Of a stretch of DNA of 10,016 nt, positions 1-6,836 are shown one piece after another. A model generated the notes under the pieces. It made no database searches and was not told the DNA's origin. It saw only the letters and a list, made by a program, of their open reading frames with translations. The stretch lies in assembly GCA_046861655.1 (NCBI GenBank), contig JBHIAI010000063.1, positions 1-10,016 of the forward strand. Reading direction: 5' to 3'. The number at the start of each line of letters is the position of its first letter. The first letter of the stretch is position 1. The DNA comes from Fidelibacterota bacterium. Its GTDB lineage: Bacteria; Fidelibacterota; Marinisomatia; Marinisomatales; S15-B10. The position numbers and the translations under genes were made by a program.

Positions 1-1736
1 CCCTGGAAGAGCCCAGCCTTGTAGTTGCCGGCCCAGGTATGACACCCCGCCCCAGGCCTGCCAATATTCCCGGTGAGAATGACGGGTAGATAGGCGGCCC
101 GGTTGGTCTCCACTGCGTGAAACCAGTGATTCAACCCCTCGCCGATGTGAATGGAGGTGGGCTTGATGGTGGCGATATCCCGGGCAAGCTGTTGGATGAG
201 ATCCCTGTTGGAATGGGTGATTTCTACCACAGTATCCAGATCGTAGTCCTTCAAGTGAATATTTTTGTATGCATAAAAGAGGGTAAGAACCTCAATCTCC
301 TTTCCGTCCACGCCCCTAACGGTCCCCTCCCATTCCAGAAGGGGATCCAGGCCCTTTTTGACCATCGCCTGACCCAGATCGTCACGGGTTACGGGTTTCA
401 GCTGCCGGGACGTACCGTCGAAGACAACGAAGTCCCCTATCCTCTGGTAGTCTTTCTTCTTGAGACCGTGGATGCGAAAACTGGGCCCATCCTTACTGAT
501 CTGCCCAATGTATCCGGGGATGAAGTCCTCAGGCTTGAGTCTTTTCAGTGTGTCCTTGCGGATGACCAGGGGAAAGTCGGTGAATTCCTTCAGAAACCGC
601 TCATCGTACCATTCATTATCGATGATGATTCTAGAAATCCCCAGTAGCAAAGCCGCGTCGGTGTTGGGCCTGATGGTAATCCAGTAGTCCGCCTTGGAGG
701 AGGACGGACTGTACTCGGGCGATACCACCACCAGCTTGCCACCTCGCTCCATGATTTCCGCCGCGAAATGATTATCGGGCCTCTTGTTCTCCACCAGATT
801 CTTCCCGATGGAAACATGGAGCTTGCTGAACCGCATATCGTTGAAGTCAACGTCGGAGGCCTGAAGACCGTGGACGAACGGAAATCCGGGAGCCTGATCC
901 CCGTGCCAGGTATAGTTGGACCAGTTGCGACCTCCCCGGGCCTTATTCCTGTCCACGTTGCGTACATGATGATCCACCAGGGCCAGGGTGTTGCTGAACC
1001 TGTATGCGCCGTATTTTCCGATAACCCCCAGAAGTCCCATACCGCCCCGAAGCTTGATGGTCCGGGTGCCGGCTCCCTCCCAGTGGGTGAACATCTCTTC
1101 CGGATACCCGGCCTCAAGAAGCTTCTTTTTCCCATCCGGCCCGCTGTAGGTCCGGGCGATGCTGATGGTGGCCCTGGCGATGTAGTCGATCACCTCATCC
1201 CAGCCGATGCGTTCCAGGGTGTCCCGGCCCCGGGAGGTAAACCCATACCGATCCCTCATTTCATCCGTCAGGTACGGGAATCCATCATCCGCCCACCGTT
1301 TCCACCCCTTCCGCACCATGGGATACTTCAACCGGTAGCTCCCGTATACCCTCCGGTGAAAGGTGAAGCCGTTAGAGCACCCCCGGGGATTCCAAGCGTA
1401 CGTGCACCGGTTGCCATAAAGATCGGTAATCCTGTGGTTGTCATAGTTCTGTTCCGTTCTGATCATAACGCCGTTTCGAACAAACCCCCGAAGGCGGCAT
1501 TCATGGGTGCAGTTGGGCGAACAGATGAAGGTGAAGCTGTCATCGAACCGGTACTGGTTCCGGTAAATCTTTTCCCAGCCGCGGTGGGGGTAGAACTCCA
1601 GGGGATTCTCGATGGTGGCCAGGTTTTTCAGGTAGAAAAGATTGGTGGGCGAAGACCACAACAGTGTGGCGCCGCCCAACCCAACGGCTCCGAGCCTGAG
1701 AAACTCTCTCCGGGTGTAGCTGTTGCCTTTGGACAT
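1..1736 (-). CDS. nxrA: Tat-exported type II DMSO-reductase-family molybdoenzyme alpha subunit, Nitrospira/anammox NxrA-like (nitrite oxidoreductase or periplasmic nitrate reductase; direction unknown). N-terminal ~578 aa; continues off the left edge
   Basis: Not in the ORF track. Manual translation from ATG 1736 is stop-free to position 1, with SD AAGGAG upstream. Tat motif MSKGNSYTRREFLRLGAVGLGG. Motifs NPLEFYPHRGWEKIYRNQYRFDDSFTFICSPNCTHECR, YGNRCTYAWNPRGCSNGFTFHRRVYG, Mo-ligand region WSNYTWHGDQAPG (Asp280), GKNLVENK, IHIGEGLNHWFH and HTWAGNYKAG closely parallel Nitrospira/anammox NxrA as I recall it. The symbol denotes family, not proven function. Confidence 0.88.
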   Translation of the reverse strand, partial: MSKGNSYTRREFLRLGAVGLGGATLLWSSPTNLFYLKNLATIENPLEFYPHRGWEKIYRNQYRFDDSFTFICSPNCTHECRLRGFVRNGVMIRTEQNYDNHRITDLYGNRCTYAWNPRGCSNGFTFHRRVYGSYRLKYPMVRKGWKRWADDGFPYLTDEMRDRYGFTSRGRDTLERIGWDEVIDYIARATISIARTYSGPDGKKKLLEAGYPEEMFTHWEGAGTRTIKLRGGMGLLGVIGKYGAYRFSNTLALVDHHVRNVDRNKARGGRNWSNYTWHGDQAPGFPFVHGLQASDVDFNDMRFSKLHVSIGKNLVENKRPDNHFAAEIMERGGKLVVVSPEYSPSSSKADYWITIRPNTDAALLLGISRIIIDNEWYDERFLKEFTDFPLVIRKDTLKRLKPEDFIPGYIGQISKDGPSFRIHGLKKKDYQRIGDFVVFDGTSRQLKPVTRDDLGQAMVKKGLDPLLEWEGTVRGVDGKEIEVLTLFYAYKNIHLKDYDLDTVVEITHSNRDLIQQLARDIATIKPTSIHIGEGLNHWFHAVETNRAAYLPVILTGNIGRPGAGCHTWAGNYKAGLFQ

Positions 1737-1761
1737 GCCCGGTTCTCCTTGTCTTAAACGT

Positions 1762-3327
1762 CTATTCCAATTTCAACCGGTACCAGGTTGACACCATCTT
1801 CTGACCGTTTCTGTCTCCCTGGCTCCCGTTCCATACGGCGAAGGCCACAGGGTAGATGCCCCCTGCCTTGAACTGAATGTCATCTTCACTGCCGGTTTTC
1901 AGGCTGCGGACGAATACCACGGTCCACCGGTTTCCATCCCACACGCCCTTTCCTGTTACTGATTGATCCTGCAAAGGCTGGGACTCGAGCGTCCCGGGCC
2001 CGACGGCATTAAGATCTTCTACCGACACGGGGATGGATTCCAGAGACAGAAGACTCCCTGCATCCCGGCCGGGCAGGTAAGCTTGTTCATTCACGGTCTC
2101 GGGGTAGGTATCCACATCCGCGTCGCTGGCCCTGTTGGGGTAGGCTTGTTCGATGTCCAGTGAAGCCATCTGAGACCGGTGAATCTCCCATTCCGATCTC
2201 CAGAACCATAGGTTCGCCGGAAATCCCCTGGACCCCATGCCGTGAAATCCCGGTTCCCCGGTCAAAGAAAACTGCACGGCGGCACCGTCCTGAAAATCCT
2301 GAACCCGGATGGTTCCGGTATCCCTTGATTCATCGGTCCACTCCATCCTGACGGCCAGGAAACGACGGCTGTAGAGAGCCCGCACCGTGACCACGGACAG
2401 GTTGTCCCTCTCTTTCTGCCAGAGGCGGGAAAGGGGTATGGCGTTGACGGGGGCCTGTTTCCAATCGCGGTTGAAGCCATCGAGAAAATAGTTTTCTGAT
2501 CTCCCGAAGAATACCTTTCTAGCGGCCACCACTCCGTCCTCCGGGGGCGTCATCCCCCCAGGGCGGGAACGGGCATCTTCCGTTTCCAGACTCTTCACAT
2601 AGTAGACCAGGCCCCAGATCAATCTCTGCCTTTCGGCTTCGGACTGTCCCATCTGCTCCACCATGCTGAGATAGGACGGCATAGGAGTACCATCCATGCC
2701 TGTGGCAAATCTCAGATAGAGGTCCTCCAGTTCCCCTCCTCCCACGTAGGTTCCCCGGGTAAAATCCCGGACGGGAATGGGATATCCCCAGTCGTCCTTG
2801 AGGTTACCGGCGGAAGGTCCGTCACCCTTGCCCAGTTCCCCGTGGCATTGATGGCATCCGAGATCCGCGTACACACTCTTGCCAACGGCCACAAGATCCC
2901 CGGAGAAAGGGAGGGGACCGGGTACCGAAACTGGGCGAGGCGATTCCTGTTCAAATCCACCCAGTTTTCTGACCTCTTCCACCAGGGCCTCGATCTGCTG
3001 GTCTTTGAGAAAATAGAAAGAGGGCATGGCCGTCCCGGGCATTCCGTTTACGATGGTCTTGCGCAGGTCCTCCCTGGTGGGCAGTTCCCCGGATGGCGTG
3101 GACCGCAGCTTGAACAGTCCCTGGGTGAAGTCCCTGGGTTTGGGATACAGCAGATAAGCCAGGCTACCGTCGCCATGACCGGAGGGTCCGTGGCACGACG
3201 AGCAATACTGACCATAAAGCTCGACGCCCGTTCTCAATTCAGGTCCGGGACTACCGGCCATAAGTCCAGTAGAGATCGTTAAAAACGCTGTCGCCCATCC
3301 CCAGGGAAAAAACCCGAGTTGCCTCAT
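1762..3327 (-). CDS. Secreted diheme c-type cytochrome fused to an ethylbenzene dehydrogenase gamma-like (EbdC/DOMON, heme b) domain; candidate gamma/NxrC-like electron-transfer subunit, 521 aa
   Basis: Likely start is ATG 3327 (ATGA overlap with the rrf2 stop; GAGGAAGGA upstream), not 3507. Signal-peptide-like MRQLGFFPWGWATAFLTISTGLMA. Two CxxCH motifs (CSSCH 3190-3204, CHQCH 2842-2856), each followed by RDFT and GMxGTxMPS. The C-terminal domain has DGAAVQF, GMGS, WFW and VAFAVWNGSQGDRNGQK, typical of EbdC-like domains. Confidence 0.85.
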   Translation of the reverse strand: MRQLGFFPWGWATAFLTISTGLMAGSPGPELRTGVELYGQYCSSCHGPSGHGDGSLAYLLYPKPRDFTQGLFKLRSTPSGELPTREDLRKTIVNGMPGTAMPSFYFLKDQQIEALVEEVRKLGGFEQESPRPVSVPGPLPFSGDLVAVGKSVYADLGCHQCHGELGKGDGPSAGNLKDDWGYPIPVRDFTRGTYVGGGELEDLYLRFATGMDGTPMPSYLSMVEQMGQSEAERQRLIWGLVYYVKSLETEDARSRPGGMTPPEDGVVAARKVFFGRSENYFLDGFNRDWKQAPVNAIPLSRLWQKERDNLSVVTVRALYSRRFLAVRMEWTDESRDTGTIRVQDFQDGAAVQFSLTGEPGFHGMGSRGFPANLWFWRSEWEIHRSQMASLDIEQAYPNRASDADVDTYPETVNEQAYLPGRDAGSLLSLESIPVSVEDLNAVGPGTLESQPLQDQSVTGKGVWDGNRWTVVFVRSLKTGSEDDIQFKAGGIYPVAFAVWNGSQGDRNGQKMVSTWYRLKLE

Positions 3328-3779
3328 TTTGTTAATTCCTTCCTCAAAACTTTCCCGGAGTCCAAAGTCTCCAGGAGTTCGAGTTCGGTGAATTGGTCCA
3401 GAGTCATTTCTTTGAACATACGGGTAATGACGTTTTTTGCTTCCTTCCAATACGTATGAACGGGGCACGGATTCTCCTCCCCGCATTGATCCAGACCCAG
3501 AACGCATCCATCGAACACAGCGGGACCTTCAAGGGCCTCCACCACGTCAAACAGCCGAAGCCTGTCAGGAGGTTTAGCCAGGTTCACCCCACCGTTTGGT
3601 CCGGTGTACGAGATGAGGATTCCGGCCCTGATGAGTGCCTGGGCCACCTTGCTCAGTCGAAAGAATGAGATGCCCGTTTCATGGGCGATTCTACCCAGCG
3701 GAGTGAACGTTTCCGCCGGGTGAGATACCAGGTAGAGAACGAGAAGAAGGGCATATTCGGATGTCTTGGAGAGCAACAT
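3324..3779 (-). CDS. Rrf2-family transcriptional regulator with Fe-S ligand motif
   Basis: 151 aa. N-terminal SKTSEYAL, wHTH wing ILISYTGPNGGVNLAKP, DVVEALEG, and C92-x6-C99-x5-C105-x2-H108 (CVLGLDQCGEENPCPVH). Confidence 0.93.
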   Translation of the reverse strand: MLLSKTSEYALLLVLYLVSHPAETFTPLGRIAHETGISFFRLSKVAQALIRAGILISYTGPNGGVNLAKPPDRLRLFDVVEALEGPAVFDGCVLGLDQCGEENPCPVHTYWKEAKNVITRMFKEMTLDQFTELELLETLDSGKVLRKELTK

Positions 3780-3808
3780 TTACGTTTTAAGCCCCTTAAT
3801 TCTTAAAT

Positions 3809-3837
3809 AAAATAATACCCTATTATCCGAATTGCAA
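3809..3837 (-). promoter_or_regulatory. Putative sigma70 promoter of the rrf2 operon with an overlapping palindromic operator
   Basis: Minus strand reads TTGCAA (3837-3832), 17 nt, TATTTT (3814-3809). The inverted repeat ATAATA-ccc-TATTAT (3812-3826) lies over the spacer and -10, ~30 nt upstream of the rrf2 ATG. Confidence 0.55.
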
Positions 3838-3867
3838 CGGGTTTTTTCGGCTTTCCTCGCTGACTAT

Positions 3868-3914
3868 GAGATTGCCTCAATCGTTGCGCCACGGCGGGAT
3901 TCCTTCGCAATGAC
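3868..3914. repeat. REP-like palindromic intergenic element (GAGATTGC...TCGCAATGAC type)
   Basis: The ATTGC/GCAAT closing stem (3871-3875 / 3907-3911) encloses a CGCCACGGCG mini-hairpin. The ends resemble a widespread intergenic repeat, recalled from experience rather than searched. Confidence 0.45.
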
Positions 3915-3988
3915 CGGGGCATTTCAGGTGGGTTGTAGGTATCACTCTGATGAATCAGGGTGTCGGGTGTGCCAGTTGGAACGTGACG

Positions 3989-4031
3989 TTTGGAATTGTG
4001 AAATTTGCACTTTCCATTTTGCATTTTTCAT
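3989..4031 (+). repeat. Degenerate 7-nt tandem repeat (TTTGCAT-like, about 6 units)
   Basis: tttggaa ttgtgaaa tttgcac tttccat tttgcat ttttcat. Confidence 0.6.
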
Positions 4032-4065
4032 TGTCGGCCACGGAGCGGACGACGAATAAATGCCT

Positions 4066-4095
4066 TTGGCCGGGCCTGGCTGGCATTGGTATCTT
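4066..4095 (+). promoter_or_regulatory. Possible glcD promoter (extended -10)
   Basis: TTGGCC (4066-4071), 18 nt, TATCTT (4090-4095), with TG at 4087-4088. The -10 ends 10 nt before the ATG. Confidence 0.35.
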
Positions 4096-4105
4096 TTGAC
4101 TGATC

Positions 4106-5545
4106 ATGCCCTCCTCACTTGTCGCCAACCTTCAGAGTCTCCTGGGGCGGGACCGGGTTGTCTTCGACGCCAGTCAGCTTATTGTCTATGAATGTGACGG
4201 TCTCGTGCTGAACAGGCGACTGCCCGACGCCGTGGTTTATCCCCTCTCTACCGAGGAGGTCTCCCACATTCTCTCCCTTTGCTCCCGGAACAACACCCCG
4301 GTGATCCCCAGGGGCGCCGGGACCGGACTGAGTGGGGGCGCGGTGGCGGCCGACGGCGGTGTCATCGTGGAGACGTCCCTGATGAAGCGAATCCTGGAGA
4401 TCGATTACGAGGATGAGATCGCCGTGGTGCAGCCGGGAGTGGTGAATCTCGAACTATCCAATGTTACCACACCTAACGGATACCACTTTGCACCCGATCC
4501 GTCCAGTCAGAAAGCCTGCACCATCGGGGGAAATGTAGCGGAAAATGCCGGAGGACCCCATACCCTGAAGTACGGAATCACCACGAATCACGTCCTGGGG
4601 CTGAAGATGGTTACTCCTGACGGCGAGATCGTCCGTCTGGGAGGCCGACTGCAGGACCCCGCCACGGAGGGATATGACCTTACAGGTCTGATGGTGGGAT
4701 CGGAAGGGACCCTGGGCATCGCCACGGAAATCACGGTCAAGCTCACCCGAAATCCTCCCACCGTGGAGACCTTTCTGGTCGCGTTCGACACCCTGGAAGA
4801 TGCAGGTAGAACTGTCTCCTCCATCATCGCTGCCGGGATAGTTCCGGCGGCCCTGGAACTGATCGACAATCTTGTCATCAGGGCAGTGGAAAGCGTTTTC
4901 AAGGCCGGCTTTCCTACGGATGCGGCTGCCATCCTGCTCATCGAGATTGACGGGGAAGAATCGGTCCTGGAGGGTGAGGCGGTGACCATAGAAGAAATCT
5001 GCGACCAGCACAGCGGCCGTGGTTTTCAAAGGGCAAGATCGGAGGAGGAACGGACCATGTTATGGCGGGGGCGAAAGGAATCCATCGGTGCCCTGGGAAA
5101 GGTGACACCCGCCTTCTATACCAATGACGGTGTCGTTCCCCGGTCAAAACTTCCAGAAATCCTCCAGATCGATAAGGACATCGGAAAACGCTACGGTCTC
5201 CGGGTGGCTCATGTGTGCCACGCAGGGGACGGCAACATCCATCCCATCATTCTCTACGATCCCGGCAGCAAGGAAGAAATCGAAGCGGCGGTGAAGATCT
5301 CCGAGGCCATCCTCGAAAACTGCGTGCAGATGGGAGGCAGCCTCACCGGTGAGCACGGAATCGGGATGGAGAAACTGGCTACCTTCGGCCTCATGTTCTC
5401 CCGGGAGGACCAGGACCAGATGATCCGCGTTCGCAAGGCGTTTGATACCCAGGGAATCATGAATCCCGGAAAGATCTTCCCCAGCCCTTCCGGCTGCCGC
5501 GAGACCAAGATCAGAGGAACCATGGCCGGAGGAGGATGGCTGTGA
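4106..5545 (+). CDS. glcD: Glycolate oxidase subunit GlcD (FAD-linked 2-hydroxyacid dehydrogenase)
   Basis: YECDG, PRGAGTGLSGG, APDPSS..CTIGGNVAENAGGPH.LKYG, GYDLTGLMVGSEGTLG, HAGDGNIHP, GEHGIGMEK, MNPGK; first gene of a D-E-F triad. Confidence 0.92.
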   Translation: MPSSLVANLQSLLGRDRVVFDASQLIVYECDGLVLNRRLPDAVVYPLSTEEVSHILSLCSRNNTPVIPRGAGTGLSGGAVAADGGVIVETSLMKRILEIDYEDEIAVVQPGVVNLELSNVTTPNGYHFAPDPSSQKACTIGGNVAENAGGPHTLKYGITTNHVLGLKMVTPDGEIVRLGGRLQDPATEGYDLTGLMVGSEGTLGIATEITVKLTRNPPTVETFLVAFDTLEDAGRTVSSIIAAGIVPAALELIDNLVIRAVESVFKAGFPTDAAAILLIEIDGEESVLEGEAVTIEEICDQHSGRGFQRARSEEERTMLWRGRKESIGALGKVTPAFYTNDGVVPRSKLPEILQIDKDIGKRYGLRVAHVCHAGDGNIHPIILYDPGSKEEIEAAVKISEAILENCVQMGGSLTGEHGIGMEKLATFGLMFSREDQDQMIRVRKAFDTQGIMNPGKIFPSPSGCRETKIRGTMAGGGWL

Positions 5546-6810
5546 GCCCCGGCGACACCCTCCAGAGCGATCTCAGACAGATTTTTTCACCGGATCATAT
5601 CACGCCCGCCGAAGATCACGTCCCTTCCCGGTTTACCGTGTTCCCCACAGAAGTGGAACAGATTTGCGAACTGGTGGCCCTGGCCAGAAAAAGGGCCATC
5701 ACCCTCCTTCCCGTGGGCGGAACCACGCAGCTTTACTCCCTACCCGAACCCCTGGATGTAGCCGTCAGCCTGACACGACTGGGAGGCTCTCTTCAACACA
5801 ACCCCCATGACCTGACCGCAACGGCGCCGGCGGGGCTGCCGTTCGCTGGGATACAGCAGAAGCTCGCCCGGAAGGGACAGATGTTGCCCCTGGATTTCCC
5901 CGGCAACAAAAGCTCCACCCTGGGGGGAATCGTTTCAACGAACTTCCCCGGTCCCCTACGCCACCGGTACGGGTCCGCCCGGGACTGGGTTCTGGGGACT
6001 GCCGTGGTCAACGGCCACGGTCAGGTTTCCCGGGCGGGTGGAAAGGTGGTCAAAAACGTCAGCGGATATGACCTCAACAAACTCTACATCGGAAGCCGTG
6101 GGACTCTGGGTATCCTGATTGAGATCTCTTTCAAACTCCACCCTCTGCCTGAAGCCCGGTCTACCTGGGGAGTTCGATTCAATGGTACCCAAGACATTCT
6201 GGAGGCAGCGGCCTCCCTCCGCCGGACCCCTTTACCGCTGGAAAGCCTGGTGATCCTCAACGGGAACTGGATCGGAGAGACTCCCGGTACCTGGTTGCTC
6301 ATAGCCAGGCTGGCTGGATCTAAGTCAGCTCTGAAAACGCAGGAGCACACGTTGAAATCTCATCTGGAACGATTCGTCCCAGCCGGTTCGCTCCTGAAGG
6401 GTAAGGAGGCGGACGCCCTGTGGAAGCGGACGGATAGACCCTACAGCCGGGAGGCCGGTGCCCCCGCCGCCCTGGCAAGAGTCTCTATGGGGATCAAGGG
6501 GCTGCAAAGGCTCCTCCAGGAAGAAACCCTCGGCATGGATGCGGGCCTCCGCATCAAAGCCTACCCGGGAGTGGGCATCTGTGTCCTTGCATTTGATTCC
6601 GACGGTGACCTCGATTCATGGCCGGAAGAGCGGATCGTAAGAACCATCAATAAGATGGGAGGATTCGTGGAGTTTGAAAGTCTCCCCGCGGGATCCACGC
6701 TTGAGCGCTGGCCTATTCTGCCCTCGTCCCTTTCCTGGATGAAAAAAATCAAGAAGGCTCTGGATCCCGACTCCGTTTTCGCTCCCGGAACCTTCGTGGG
6801 AGGGGTCTGA
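5542..6810 (+). CDS. glcE: Glycolate oxidase FAD-binding subunit GlcE
   Basis: DLTATAPAG, STLGGIVSTN.PGPLRHRYGSARDWVLG, AGGKVVKNVSGYDLNKLYIGSRGTLG, IKKALDP..FAPG. GTG 5542 (GTGA overlap with the glcD stop, GGAGG 6 nt upstream) is preferred over the in-frame ATG 5536. Confidence 0.9.
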   Translation: MSPGDTLQSDLRQIFSPDHITPAEDHVPSRFTVFPTEVEQICELVALARKRAITLLPVGGTTQLYSLPEPLDVAVSLTRLGGSLQHNPHDLTATAPAGLPFAGIQQKLARKGQMLPLDFPGNKSSTLGGIVSTNFPGPLRHRYGSARDWVLGTAVVNGHGQVSRAGGKVVKNVSGYDLNKLYIGSRGTLGILIEISFKLHPLPEARSTWGVRFNGTQDILEAAASLRRTPLPLESLVILNGNWIGETPGTWLLIARLAGSKSALKTQEHTLKSHLERFVPAGSLLKGKEADALWKRTDRPYSREAGAPAALARVSMGIKGLQRLLQEETLGMDAGLRIKAYPGVGICVLAFDSDGDLDSWPEERIVRTINKMGGFVEFESLPAGSTLERWPILPSSLSWMKKIKKALDPDSVFAPGTFVGGV

Positions 6811-6836
6811 TTCTACCCGGTACCCACGCCAATCCC

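Noticed and set aside
117..1757. Track ORFs 117..647+, 460..687+, 590..1135- and 768..1757+ (329 aa)
   Set aside because: Antisense or off-frame shadows of the molybdoenzyme gene; no recognisable motifs.
3328..3507. 60-aa N-terminal extension of the cytochrome ORF (start 3507)
   Set aside because: Overlaps rrf2 out of frame. The signal peptide, SD and ATGA coupling all point to 3327.
3803..4059. Short ORFs 3803..4024- and 3832..4059+
   Set aside because: They span promoter and repeat sequence and have no protein-like features.
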